Shown: positions 10,153 through 20,266 of the stretch, piece after piece | Layout of the letters: every line of letters begins with the position of its first letter | Numbering within the stretch: the first letter of the stretch is position 1 | Assembly: GCA_050175015.1 (NCBI GenBank) | Contig: JBFXJJ010000007.1 | Coordinates: 74,513-127,266, forward strand | DNA length: 52,754 nucleotides | Source: Alphaproteobacteria bacterium | Lineage (GTDB): Bacteria; Pseudomonadota; Alphaproteobacteria; JBFXJJ01 | Direction of reading: 5' to 3' | The notes under the pieces: generated by a model | Databases searched by the model: none | What the model saw: the letters and a program-made list of their open reading frames with translations, nothing else | What the model was told of the DNA's origin: nothing | Made by a program: the position numbers and the translations under genes

Positions 10153-11118
10153 TTATAAGCATATTTTAGTTACGACCTTTGCTGCAGCATCGCAGTAAGG
10201 TAAAACAATATCCAAATTTTTCTTAGGTTTATTTGTATTTTGATATTCAAGAGCTTTTTCTACTAAGTTTTTAAATAAGGCATTGGCAATATTACCAAGA
10301 CCAGATTCTGAATGACTTTGAATTATTAAAATATTTTTATATTCTGCGGCCTCAACAAATCCCATATTGAGTGTTCCATCTTTTTTTACACTATAGGCAC
10401 ACGGAGTTAATTGCGGGGCAATGGTATCAGAACCAACAGCTTGATGATGAGAACTATAGCACCCAACTTGCTCTAACCCGATAATCTTTGCTAATTTGGA
10501 GCCCTTAATAATTCTTATATCGTGTGATGATGGGACAGGGTGAGAACCGCATTTTTCTCCTCTGTTAAGTTTTTCTTGCCAGATAACAACATCTTCAGCT
10601 TTCATATCACTTTTGCCAGCTAAGGTGTGAACATCATCATCTGGAAAAATATCAGGAAGATGCTGGATAAGAGTTCCTCTCTCTCCTAGTTTTTCTTCTG
10701 AGTGTTCTTCCTGCCATATTTTGCCTAGGATAACGTTTACGACTTGCATTCCTCTGCAAAAAGCAAGGAGAGGTTTTCCCGTTTTTACAGCGTTGCGTAC
10801 AAAACAATTCTCTAATGCAAAGCGTTCTTTTTCATTATCTTCTTCAATTATTGTTTTGGGGTGTTTTTCCTTGCCGTAAACCTTTGGATCAATATCTCCT
10901 CCTCCAGGAAGAGCGTATCCATCAATATTTAAAGCAATTTGGGTAACGTCAGCATCTCTTGGAACAAGAACAGGAATGCCGCCATTAACGGCAATATAGT
11001 AACAAATAAGCTGAACTTTGGCATAGCGTTCATTTTCATTTTCACTAGAAAGTATGTTGTCATATAAAGCGATTAAAGGTTTTTTTTGACATTCTTGTTC
11101 TAGTTCTTTGATGTTCAT
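10153..11118 (-). CDS. Peptidase C26 / gamma-glutamyl-gamma-aminobutyrate hydrolase-like glutamine amidotransferase
   Basis: GGIPVLVP, LPGGGDIDP..YG, AFCRGMQ (nucleophile Cys), SSHHQAV, QSHSE (His/Glu). Confidence 0.85.
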   Translation of the reverse strand: MNIKELEQECQKKPLIALYDNILSSENENERYAKVQLICYYIAVNGGIPVLVPRDADVTQIALNIDGYALPGGGDIDPKVYGKEKHPKTIIEEDNEKERFALENCFVRNAVKTGKPLLAFCRGMQVVNVILGKIWQEEHSEEKLGERGTLIQHLPDIFPDDDVHTLAGKSDMKAEDVVIWQEKLNRGEKCGSHPVPSSHDIRIIKGSKLAKIIGLEQVGCYSSHHQAVGSDTIAPQLTPCAYSVKKDGTLNMGFVEAAEYKNILIIQSHSESGLGNIANALFKNLVEKALEYQNTNKPKKNLDIVLPYCDAAAKVVTKICL

Positions 11119-11121
11119 TTT

Positions 11122-12063
11122 TTAGTTTGCTCCCCTAAGCTCACCTTTAATTAAAGCAGCTAAAACCGCAGATGAAGTATGCATTCTGTTTTCAGCTTGA
11201 TCAAAAACAACAGATTGTTTGCTGTCAATTACATCGGCTGTAACTTCTTCCTCTCTGTGAGCAGGCAGACAATGCATAAAAACGGCATCATCTTTGGCTT
11301 TCTTCATAAGATTAGAAGTTATTTGATAAGGCATAAAAGCTTTAAATTTGGTGTCTTTTTCTTCTGGGGAATCACCCATTGATAACCAGACATCGCCGTA
11401 AACGGCATCGGCATTTTTTAAAGCCTCTTCGCAGTCGTGGGTTACAACAATTTGACTTCCAGTTTTTTTAGCAATTTCTTTGGCTCTTGCAACTACTTCA
11501 GCGTTAGGTTCGTAGCCTTCAGGGGTCGCAACAGAAAAATCAGTGCCACATAAGGCACAAGCTTCTAATAAGCTGCTAACAACGTTGTTGCCGTCACCGA
11601 TATAAGCTAGCTTGCTAGTTTCAAGATTTTTGCGTACTTCGTATAAAGTCATTAAATCTGCAATGCTTTGGCAAGGGTGATGACCATCTGTCAAAGCATT
11701 AATCACAGGGATTGTTGCTGTTTTAGCTATAGCTTCAACATCTGAATCTTTATAGGTTCTGATAACAAAAGCCTTAGCATAACGGCTGATTACATTTGCC
11801 GTATCTTCTATTGTTTCGCCGCGGCCTAATTGTAATTCATTGCCATTGGTTGTAACGGGTATTCCGCCAAGACCAGCGATTGCAGCTGAAAAAGAAAGGC
11901 GTGTTCTCGTTGATGGTTTGTTAAAATACATAACAACAGTTTTGTTGGTTAATAAATCTTTGTCTTTTAATGGATTTTTTTTGAATTCAAGAGATAATTC
12001 GATAAGGTGGAGAAAATCTCCTGAAGTTAAGTCTGATGTTTTTGTTAGGTCTTTTAAAGGCAT
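11122..12063 (-). CDS. argF: Ornithine carbamoyltransferase
   Basis: KPSTRT, HPCQ, GDGNNV, DVWLSMG, MHCLPAHR, DQAENR. ATG 12063 with GGAG RBS. Confidence 0.93.
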   Translation of the reverse strand: MPLKDLTKTSDLTSGDFLHLIELSLEFKKNPLKDKDLLTNKTVVMYFNKPSTRTRLSFSAAIAGLGGIPVTTNGNELQLGRGETIEDTANVISRYAKAFVIRTYKDSDVEAIAKTATIPVINALTDGHHPCQSIADLMTLYEVRKNLETSKLAYIGDGNNVVSSLLEACALCGTDFSVATPEGYEPNAEVVARAKEIAKKTGSQIVVTHDCEEALKNADAVYGDVWLSMGDSPEEKDTKFKAFMPYQITSNLMKKAKDDAVFMHCLPAHREEEVTADVIDSKQSVVFDQAENRMHTSSAVLAALIKGELRGAN

Positions 12064-12107
12064 ATAATTCTCCAAAAATAGAAGTGATTTTTTTAATCAT
12101 ATCGTAT

Positions 12108-12144
12108 AAAAAAACCGTTACAAGCAAAATGTAACGGTTTTTTT
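12108..12144 (-). terminator. Intrinsic terminator after pepN
   Basis: AAAAAAACCGTTACA-AGCAAAA-TGTAACGGTTTTTTT. Confidence 0.8.
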
Positions 12145-12162
12145 GTTTTGGGTTTTGCGCTA

Positions 12163-14940
12163 CTATCTTGTTTTTTCTTTAATTATTTGTGAAAGATTAG
12201 GCGCGCAGTTTTTTTTCTGCTCTTTTATTGCTTTGATTTTAGCTTTTGCTTCCTGCTGTTTAATTTCAACAGTTTTAGCTTTTTCAGTTTTGTTTTCATC
12301 GCCAAGAGTTTTGCTCACGATTTCATAAAGATTGCGTGAAATAGAAGGCTTTGCAGCAATATCATGCAAAGTGTTTTTCATCAAATCCTGACGTTCAGAG
12401 TCAAATTTGCGCCAATTTCCAAAAACAGATGCCATTTTAGCTGCGACGTGAGGATTGATGTCATCAAGTTTTTTAATTTGCTCGGCAACAAAATTATATC
12501 CTGAACCGTCTTTAGCGTGGAAAAGAGCGGCATTATTAGCAAAACCACCGACTAAAGATCTAAATTTATTAGGATTTTTAATATCAAAAGCGGGGTGTTC
12601 GGTTAAATCTTTTACCTTATCCAGAGTGTCTGGGCGGTCAGAGGTTGATTGTGCTGAAAGCCACTTGTTTACAGCCAAAGTTTCATTTTTATAACGATTA
12701 TAAAAATCACTAACAGCCTTTTCTCCGTTTTCTCCCTGCTGGTTTGCCATAATTCTTAAGCCGACTTCACGGTCATTCATATTATTGGCATCGCTATAAT
12801 GTCTTGCCATTAAGTCTTTGATTTTATCGTCATTATCAATCTGAGATAAATAGGACAAGGTAGCATTGCGCAAGGATCTTCTGCCTGAAGATGAGGCATC
12901 AGGAATATATTCGTCTTTAGAGCTTTCATTATTATAAACTTGAAGCAAATCTTCTTTTAATCCTGAGGCAATAGCTTTGCTAAAAGTTTTCCTTGCCAAA
13001 TGAATAGCGTCAGGATCAATGGTCTTGAACTGTTCGGCTATATAATCTTCACTTGGCAAAGTAATAGCTTTGGCAATAAAAGCCTTATCTAAGCTGTCAT
13101 CTTTGAGATAACCACGGAGGGTTTCAATATATTTATTATCAACCTTTGGTGTTTCGCCATTTTGAATTTCTTTAACCATAGAGATTAGTTGCTTAGTTGA
13201 ATATTGATAACCCGCTTCCCAGCGATTAAACAAATCGGTGTCGTGAGCCATTAAGGTGCGGTATTCCTCGGCGCTATAATCAACGTCGAGCTTTACTGGT
13301 GCCGTAAACCCACGGTTAATGGAAAGAATGGGAGCTTCATTGACATCGGTGAATTTAAAAACCTGTTCACCGTTTTCTAATCTTAGAATGCAAGATGTTC
13401 CAAGCTCATCTTTTCCGCCGTCAAGTTTCAAAGGAAGCTCTTGACCATTTTGATTAAGCAGTCCAACTTCTAAAGGAATCAAGAAAGGCTGGTTATCTTT
13501 ATTGCCAGATTTTTGAGAAACCTTGAGTTCATAGGTCTTAGTTTTAGGGTCGTATTTGCCTTCAGCTTTTACTTCAGGGGTTCCTGATTGATGATACCAA
13601 GTCATCATCTGCTTTAAATCCACATTAGGATTGGCATCAGCAATAGCTTTAACAAACTCATCACAGGTAACAGCTTGACCATCGTGTCTTGCAAAATAAA
13701 GATCCATACCTTTTCTAAAGCCGTCTTTGCCTGTAAGTCTTTCCATCATACGGATAACTTCAGCCCCTTTTTTATAGACGGTTGAGGTGTAGAAATTATT
13801 GATTGAAACATAAGAATCAGGACGGATAGAATGTGATAAAGGGCTGGCATCTTCAGGAAACTGAGCTGCTCTCAAGTTCATAACATCATTAATTCTTTGA
13901 ACAGGGCGAACTCTCATATCAGAAGAGAACTCTTGATCTCGGTATGACGTCAAACCCTCTTTAAGAGTAAGGTTGAACCAATCTTTCAGGCAGACACGGT
14001 TTCCCGTCCAGTTATGAAAATATTCGTGAGCCACAACTCGTTCAATATTGGCATAGTCAGCATCATTTGCCGACTGCGGATCTGCTAACACCGCACGATC
14101 GTTAAAAATATTAAGCCCCTTGTTTTCCATTGCGCCAAAGTTAAAATCAGAAACGGCAACAATGTTAAAGACATCTAAATCATATTCACGACCAAAGGCT
14201 TTTTCGTCCCAAGCCATAGCTTTTTTTAGAGATTCCAAAGCAAATTTGGTTTGATGTTCTTTGCCGTGTTCAACGTGGATAGCAAGCTTAATTTCTCTGC
14301 CAGACTTCGTTGTAAAAGTGTCTTCAACTCTAGCTAAATCGCCCCCAACTAAAGCATAGAGATGAGCAGGTTTTGGCCAAGGATCTTCCCATACGGCAAA
14401 AAGACGTCCATCGTCTAATTCTCCACGTTCTTTGGGATTGCCGTTAGCCAGCAAAATAGGAAACTTATCTTTATCGCCCCTAATGGTCGTTTTAAAAGTT
14501 GTCATAATATCAGGACGATCGGGATAATATGTTATTCTTCTAAAACCTTCAGGTTCGTTTTGGGTTGTAAAAACGTTATTAGAAACATAAAGCCCTTCCA
14601 ATCTGGTGTTGGCTTTAGGATTAATGGCGTTTTGGATTTTAAGTTCAAAATTGGCAGGAGGATTTAAAATGGTAATTCCTCCTTCTTTTTTTACAAAGTC
14701 TTTTGCTTCAAGAGGTTTGCCGTTAATTGCAATATTAAGAAGCTCCATATCTTCGCCCAAAAGCTCAAAAGGTACAGCCTTGCCTTCAGCGTCAACCATA
14801 CGTTCAACTTTCATCGTTGAAGTAACAACCGTTCTTTCGGGATCTAAATCAAATTCCAATTCTACGCCGTTTAAAGTGTAGTCTGGCTCTTTGTAATCCT
14901 TACGGTATTTCGTTTGTGGTTTATTTAAAGCTTCAGCCAT
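12163..14940 (-). CDS. pepN: Aminopeptidase N (M1) with a C-terminal extension
   Basis: EPEGFRRITY, GAMENKGLN, HEYFHNWTGNRV, LKEGLT, NNFYTSTVYKKGAE, NPNKFRSL. Confidence 0.97.
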   Translation of the reverse strand: MAEALNKPQTKYRKDYKEPDYTLNGVELEFDLDPERTVVTSTMKVERMVDAEGKAVPFELLGEDMELLNIAINGKPLEAKDFVKKEGGITILNPPANFELKIQNAINPKANTRLEGLYVSNNVFTTQNEPEGFRRITYYPDRPDIMTTFKTTIRGDKDKFPILLANGNPKERGELDDGRLFAVWEDPWPKPAHLYALVGGDLARVEDTFTTKSGREIKLAIHVEHGKEHQTKFALESLKKAMAWDEKAFGREYDLDVFNIVAVSDFNFGAMENKGLNIFNDRAVLADPQSANDADYANIERVVAHEYFHNWTGNRVCLKDWFNLTLKEGLTSYRDQEFSSDMRVRPVQRINDVMNLRAAQFPEDASPLSHSIRPDSYVSINNFYTSTVYKKGAEVIRMMERLTGKDGFRKGMDLYFARHDGQAVTCDEFVKAIADANPNVDLKQMMTWYHQSGTPEVKAEGKYDPKTKTYELKVSQKSGNKDNQPFLIPLEVGLLNQNGQELPLKLDGGKDELGTSCILRLENGEQVFKFTDVNEAPILSINRGFTAPVKLDVDYSAEEYRTLMAHDTDLFNRWEAGYQYSTKQLISMVKEIQNGETPKVDNKYIETLRGYLKDDSLDKAFIAKAITLPSEDYIAEQFKTIDPDAIHLARKTFSKAIASGLKEDLLQVYNNESSKDEYIPDASSSGRRSLRNATLSYLSQIDNDDKIKDLMARHYSDANNMNDREVGLRIMANQQGENGEKAVSDFYNRYKNETLAVNKWLSAQSTSDRPDTLDKVKDLTEHPAFDIKNPNKFRSLVGGFANNAALFHAKDGSGYNFVAEQIKKLDDINPHVAAKMASVFGNWRKFDSERQDLMKNTLHDIAAKPSISRNLYEIVSKTLGDENKTEKAKTVEIKQQEAKAKIKAIKEQKKNCAPNLSQIIKEKTR

Positions 14941-14979
14941 CTCATAAATCCTCGTTTCATATGGTAAAATTTAAGGTAA

Positions 14980-15007
14980 ATTGTAGAAAAAATATCAATT
15001 TTGTCAA
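14980..15007 (-). promoter_or_regulatory. sigma70-type promoter of pepN
   Basis: Minus strand TTGACA-N16-TACAAT. Confidence 0.6.
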
Positions 15008-15092
15008 TAATTATTAATCTATTGTAGGATAACTGCTTAATCTGCTATACATATTTTAAGATTAAAAAAGAAGGTTAATAACGGTTTATCTT

Positions 15093-15599
15093 ATGAACAA
15101 ATTTTCATTAATAATAGAATCATTTTTAAAAAGAACGTTTAGGGTTGAAAAGGAAATAGAGCCGTTTTTCTGGGAAAAGAAGACGCTTTCAGAAATGACT
15201 AATGCCGAATGGGAAATGCTTTGTGATGGCTGCGGCAAATGCTGTCTTTATAAGATTGATAATGAAGATGGAACAAAAACGCTTTTTACCGACATAGCCT
15301 GCCGTCTTCTTGATACGGAAAGATGTTCTTGTAAATTATATAAATATCGTCAGGAAGTTGTTTCTGATTGTCTTAAAATAACTATGGAAGACTTGGCAAA
15401 AAATCCTAGATGGGTTCCTAAGACTTGTGCCTATTATCTTTTATATACAGGGCAGAAATTAAAGGACTGGCACCCTCTGATAAGCGGGAATAAAGAAAGC
15501 GTTCACGAGGCAAAGGTTTCGACTAGAGGACGTGTAATTTCAGAAAATGACACTGATGATGCTCTTGAAGACCATATTGTAGATTGGGACGATATTTGA
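15093..15599 (+). CDS. YcgN-family (UPF0260) cysteine-cluster protein
   Basis: FWEKKTL.EM...EWE.LCDGCGKCC, ACRLLD, P.TCAY, WHPLISG. Confidence 0.92.
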   Translation: MNKFSLIIESFLKRTFRVEKEIEPFFWEKKTLSEMTNAEWEMLCDGCGKCCLYKIDNEDGTKTLFTDIACRLLDTERCSCKLYKYRQEVVSDCLKITMEDLAKNPRWVPKTCAYYLLYTGQKLKDWHPLISGNKESVHEAKVSTRGRVISENDTDDALEDHIVDWDDI

Positions 15600-16291
15600 C
15601 TAAAAAACAAGTGCTTATTAAAGACTCAGATATTGTGGTTGAAATAAAAAAATCACCACGAGCCAAAAGATTGAGTTTAAAATTAAATATTGCTAAAAAA
15701 AACTTTGTTTTGGTTATTCCTACAAAGGTCGCAGAGGAAAGAGCTTTTGATTTTTTGCGGCGTAATAAAGAATGGCTTCATAAGAGATACGAGGAAGTTG
15801 AAGATATCAAAACATTTAGCGATGGTATGACTTTTGATTTTTTAGAGAAAAAATATGTTATCTGCCATAAACCTGAAGCAAGAAGAGGAATATGGCTTGA
15901 AGAAAATAGTCTTATGGTTTCGGGAAATGCAGAAGAACTTGGAATTAGAGTTGAACGTTTTTTAAAAAAAGAAGCTCTAAAGTTCTTCACTGCAAAATCT
16001 TATGCTATAGCTGCCAAATTGAGAGTCAACGTTTCATCGGTGAGAATGAAAGATACGGTTTCAAGATGGGGCAGCTGCTCTTCTAAAAATAATCTTAATT
16101 TTAATTGGCGGCTTGGTTTTGCTCCGTTGTTTGTCTGCGACTATGTGGTTGCTCACGAAGTTGTCCACCTGCTTGTCAGAAATCATAGTAAAGAATTTTG
16201 GGACGAGGTTCGCAGCATTTGTCCTTATTTAAAAACCGCAAGATTTTGGTTAAAACAAAATGGTAAAAAGCTTTTTTGTTATCAAACTTGA
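15584..16291 (+). CDS. YgjP/DUF45-family zinc metallopeptidase-like protein
   Basis: SRWGSCS, LNFNWRL, DYVVAHEVVHL...NHSKEFW. Confidence 0.9.
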   Translation: MGRYLTKKQVLIKDSDIVVEIKKSPRAKRLSLKLNIAKKNFVLVIPTKVAEERAFDFLRRNKEWLHKRYEEVEDIKTFSDGMTFDFLEKKYVICHKPEARRGIWLEENSLMVSGNAEELGIRVERFLKKEALKFFTAKSYAIAAKLRVNVSSVRMKDTVSRWGSCSSKNNLNFNWRLGFAPLFVCDYVVAHEVVHLLVRNHSKEFWDEVRSICPYLKTARFWLKQNGKKLFCYQT

Positions 16292-16331
16292 GCTTGTTGT
16301 TTACAGGCGCTAACAACAGCGTTTGTTATAG

Positions 16332-18170
16332 CTAATCACTTATAACCTTATCCATAATTTCTTTAAATATCTGTGCTGGCAGATTGCCTCCTGTAACATT
16401 TTTCATAGGACTGTCATCAACATTTCCAACCCATACCCCGCAGATATAATCGCTCGCATAGCCGATAAACCACGCATCACGGTTGTTTTGAGTAGTCCCT
16501 GTTTTGCCTCTGGCTGCAGCATTTTTTAATTTAGCTCTTTTTCCTGTTCCTTTTTCAACGGCTTTTTTTAGCATCAAGTCAAGGTCATCAATTTCTATTT
16601 TTGGAACAACTCTTTTAGGAGCGTTATATTTGTGTTTAAAAAGATTAAACCCTTCACGGCTGTAAACCTCATTTATGCCATAAGGTTCAACCTTTAAACC
16701 GTCGTTGGCAAAAACGCTGTAAGCTTTAGTCATATCCCATAAATTAGTTCCGTTTGCACCTAGTGCCAGAGCCGGAACATTTAAAATCGGCGTTGTTATT
16801 CCTAGCTTTTGAGCATTTTTTATCACCTTATCCCGCCCTATTTTTTCAGATAAAATTACGGGAATAGTGTTGATTGATTTTACTAAAGCTTCGGTAAGGC
16901 TTACTTTGCCATAATGTTCATTACTGTAGTTATTAGGGCTCCAGCCATCGATAGTTATCGCTTCATCGGTTAGAATAGAGCTTGGAGAAAAACCATTTTC
17001 TAAGGCGGTTAGATAAACAAAAGGCTTAAAAGTCGAACCTGGCTGTCTTAAACTTTGGGTCGCTAAATTGAATTGGCTTTTACTATAGTTTATTCCTCCC
17101 ACCATCGTTATAACTTCTCCCTTTTTGTTGAGAATTATAACAGCGCCATCTGAGACATTTTTGGTTCCTTTGTTATCGGCAATTATGCGTTCCAATGTTT
17201 CTTCGGCAATACTTTGAATCTCTGGGTTAAGGGTTGTAAAAACATTAATATCTTCAGTGGTATCGATATGATTTTCTTCCATTTCTACATTATAAATCCA
17301 ATCGGCAAAATGTCTGGCTCCTGCCACTCGATAAGGATTTATAATTTCTGACTTGTTTTGAATAGCTGTTTCGGCTTCATTCTTGGTAATAAAACCAACA
17401 TTGACCATATTAGCTAAAACCTGAGTTGCCCTGTCTTCTGCCTTGTCTAACGAATAAACAGGGTTATATCTGGAAGGGGCTTTTAAAAGTCCTGCTAAAA
17501 CCGCAGATTGGAATAACGACGCATCACGAACACTATTGTTAAAATAACGCTGGGAGGCGGCTTCCATACCATAAACCCCAGCACCCAAATAAACGCGATT
17601 AAGATAGATATTTAAAATTTGCTCTTTAGAAAAATTTTTTTCAAGCCACAAAGAAATTAGAAGTTCTTTTGCTTTCCTTTTAAACGTTTTTTCGTTGCTT
17701 AAAAAAAGATTTTTTGCAACCTGCTGGGTTATTGTACTGCCGCCTTGTCTAAATGAAAGATGTCTGATGTTGGAGAGCATAGCCCTAGCTATACCTAAGG
17801 GGTCAATTCCAAAATGGGAGAAAAATTTTCGGTCTTCGGTGGCAATAATTGCTTGGATAAGATAAGGCGAGACATCTTTTACCGTAATGGTATCTCCATA
17901 GATTTGACCATAAGTTGTTATGGTATCACCATTAGCCGCAATAATGTTGATGGCAGGCTTTCTTGTGGAGTTAATAGCATCTTCAATGTCGGGCATATTT
18001 TGGGCGTTCCAAAAAACTAAGCCCGTTGTCATCATAAAAATGACAAAAATAAATAAGAAAAACCATAAAAAAACCTGTTTTAGCAAATTAGACGAAGATT
18101 TTTTCTCCTTGCTCTGCTTGCGGGTTTTCTTAGTCTTTGGAGTCTTTTTAGAGTTTTTATTGTTTTTCAT
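16332..18170 (-). CDS. Class A penicillin-binding protein (PBP1A family)
   Basis: N-terminal TM; transglycosylase EDRKFFSHFG, GGSTITQQ, RKAKE; transpeptidase STFK, SIN, KTG. Confidence 0.95.
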   Translation of the reverse strand: MKNNKNSKKTPKTKKTRKQSKEKKSSSNLLKQVFLWFFLFIFVIFMMTTGLVFWNAQNMPDIEDAINSTRKPAINIIAANGDTITTYGQIYGDTITVKDVSPYLIQAIIATEDRKFFSHFGIDPLGIARAMLSNIRHLSFRQGGSTITQQVAKNLFLSNEKTFKRKAKELLISLWLEKNFSKEQILNIYLNRVYLGAGVYGMEAASQRYFNNSVRDASLFQSAVLAGLLKAPSRYNPVYSLDKAEDRATQVLANMVNVGFITKNEAETAIQNKSEIINPYRVAGARHFADWIYNVEMEENHIDTTEDINVFTTLNPEIQSIAEETLERIIADNKGTKNVSDGAVIILNKKGEVITMVGGINYSKSQFNLATQSLRQPGSTFKPFVYLTALENGFSPSSILTDEAITIDGWSPNNYSNEHYGKVSLTEALVKSINTIPVILSEKIGRDKVIKNAQKLGITTPILNVPALALGANGTNLWDMTKAYSVFANDGLKVEPYGINEVYSREGFNLFKHKYNAPKRVVPKIEIDDLDLMLKKAVEKGTGKRAKLKNAAARGKTGTTQNNRDAWFIGYASDYICGVWVGNVDDSPMKNVTGGNLPAQIFKEIMDKVISD

Positions 18171-18280
18171 TATAAAAAATTATTTGCAATACAATATGTT
18201 GTAGGGTTATAAAAATATCTTATTGTATTTGACGAGGGTAAAAATACAGTTAATTTATTAATTTTAGCAAAAGATTTTAA

Positions 18281-18487
18281 ATGCAAATGAACCGCTATAT
18301 ATCGATAAATTTTGAAGAACCTCTAGTTAGACGTCTTGAAAATATTGCGACTAAAACAGGAATGAGCTTAGATGTTTGTGCTTTACAGGCAATATATGAA
18401 TATATTGAAAACTGGGAAGATTTTTATAATTCTGAAATGCTTAATCCTGAAGAAGATGAAGAACGCTTCTTTTTAACGGCCATTTGA
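18281..18487 (+). CDS. Small ribbon-helix-helix (CopG-like) DNA-binding protein
   Basis: ISINF...L..RLE.IA..TG.S......AI.EYIE pattern; TTGACG-N16-TAATTT at 18229-18256. Confidence 0.65.
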   Translation: MQMNRYISINFEEPLVRRLENIATKTGMSLDVCALQAIYEYIENWEDFYNSEMLNPEEDEERFFLTAI

Positions 18488-18898
18488 TTTTTGCAAAATT
18501 TTTGCAGTATCTATGCTTTTAATGTTGTTATTACTGCTAACTCTCCTAATAATTTCACGAGCTCTTTTTGATGGTAGTTTGGTCAGAAAACCTCCGCCTT
18601 TGCCGTTTTTATATGGAGGGGTGCGTCCAACAGAAAGATATTGCTCTGCTGTAGGATCTAATATTTCGCCCCCTTTATTTTGAAGCCACCAGTGTGTAAC
18701 GCCTAAATCATCTTTGCCTCGGCAAGGCGTATAGCCAGAGTTTGATCCACCTAAAAGGTGATACAAAGCTTCTGATGCGGCATAACAATGACCCGCCATT
18801 GGATTGGTTTCAATATAAGATGCTCTAAATTCTGGCTTTAACAAATCAGGGGTTAAAACCTTTTTGATTTGAGATATTAGTAAAGCTTCTCTTTTCAT
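18473..18898 (-). CDS. Hypothetical protein with a putative Cys-His-Asp (papain/transglutaminase-like, YunG-like) triad
   Basis: NPMAGHCYAASEAL, THWW, ILDPTAEQY; ends ILQKSNGR. Confidence 0.65.
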   Translation of the reverse strand: MKREALLISQIKKVLTPDLLKPEFRASYIETNPMAGHCYAASEALYHLLGGSNSGYTPCRGKDDLGVTHWWLQNKGGEILDPTAEQYLSVGRTPPYKNGKGGGFLTKLPSKRAREIIRRVSSNNNIKSIDTAKILQKSNGR

Positions 18899-18936
18899 AA
18901 TATAAATATGACCTAATAAAAAACGTGTATGTTTTT

Positions 18937-18964
18937 ATTATAGCGTTTTTTGCTCGCAGCTCAA
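18937..18964 (-). promoter_or_regulatory. sigma70-type promoter for 18473..18898
   Basis: Minus strand TTGAGC-N16-TATAAT, overlapping the MFS stop codon. Confidence 0.5.
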
Positions 18965-20181
18965 GCCGCTTTTGCTTCTGAATCCTCAACAGGTTTTGAA
19001 GGTTTTTCATAATAGAAGAAAAGACCGATGCCAGTTAAAATCGCACCAAAAGCAGAAAGAGCTAAAGAATATCTTAAATTGATGCCCAAAAAGGCCATAG
19101 CCGCACAGCATATTAGAGCAAGAACGCTTCCTATATCCCACCCAGCTTCAGCATAAAATTGAAAATATAAAGGATTAGATGTTGTTTTAGATACATTATA
19201 TACCGCAGTCATACCCGCAGGAGTGAAGAAACAAAAAGATATACTGTAGAGAATATCAAAAGCAATAACTGTGGTATAATCATAAGCAAATAAAGCTCTT
19301 CCTAAGTTGGTTATAATAATTAAGGCGATAGAAATACGGTAAATGCTTTTGCCTTTGCCCTTGTCAATAAAACGTCCGAGAACAAAGCTCATTACAGCCA
19401 TAAAAAATCCCAGCAATGAAAGCAGCCAGCCATAAATTTGAAAATTTTCACCAAAGAGTTTAAATAAAATTATCGGCCACGCTGTAACCGTTTGCATAAA
19501 ACCCCAAACAATAAAGATTTTCATACCAAATTTACTGACACCTTTTTTTTCTTTTCTGGTAAGCTTTTTCATTTTAACATCTGGCAGTAAAAACAAAGGA
19601 ATAGACGCAAGAAAAGTTAAAAAAGATGTAATGCCGAAAGCAACTTTAGGTCCGTATATGGTAAGAAGACTGCCAGATAAAAGCGGGCCAACAATAGTTG
19701 CTATTTTAGAAAGACCTTCTCTTATGCCAAGCGCTGTTCCTCTTTCTTCAATTCTGCCCGAGTTGGCAAAGAAAGTGTGATATGACAGCCAATAAAGACA
19801 ATCGGCTACAGTATTAATGCCAATGTAGATATAAAGCCATTGGTTAAGCCCCGTAACAGGTATAATTGCAAGAGGAGGCAGGCACAAAACCATGCTTCCT
19901 ATGATTAATGTTTTTTTACAGCCAATTTTATTAATCAAGATTAATGATAACGGTCTGAATAAAAATCTAAAAACGAAGATTCCTGCAGACGTTAGGAAAA
20001 CAAAAGGCAGCGGTACTCCTGCTTTGTATAAGAAAACCATAGAGAACATACAAAGCATCTGCCATGCCATATACAAAAAGGCATAGTGAGTATTTAATAG
20101 ATTGACCGATTTATCAGAAGAACAAAACAAGGCAAAATTAATGTTAAAACGTCTTTTGGTTTTACCTGAGGAAAAAAACAT
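18961..20181 (-). CDS. MFS transporter
   Basis: About 12 hydrophobic segments; NKIGCKK and GRFIDKGKGK loop motifs. Confidence 0.85.
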   Translation of the reverse strand: MFFSSGKTKRRFNINFALFCSSDKSVNLLNTHYAFLYMAWQMLCMFSMVFLYKAGVPLPFVFLTSAGIFVFRFLFRPLSLILINKIGCKKTLIIGSMVLCLPPLAIIPVTGLNQWLYIYIGINTVADCLYWLSYHTFFANSGRIEERGTALGIREGLSKIATIVGPLLSGSLLTIYGPKVAFGITSFLTFLASIPLFLLPDVKMKKLTRKEKKGVSKFGMKIFIVWGFMQTVTAWPIILFKLFGENFQIYGWLLSLLGFFMAVMSFVLGRFIDKGKGKSIYRISIALIIITNLGRALFAYDYTTVIAFDILYSISFCFFTPAGMTAVYNVSKTTSNPLYFQFYAEAGWDIGSVLALICCAAMAFLGINLRYSLALSAFGAILTGIGLFFYYEKPSKPVEDSEAKAA

Positions 20182-20266
20182 AGCAAATACCTCGCTTACT
20201 TAAGTTAGGCATCTTTTAAACACATTTTTTTGAAATGTCGATATATAAATATAAAAAAGCTAAATA

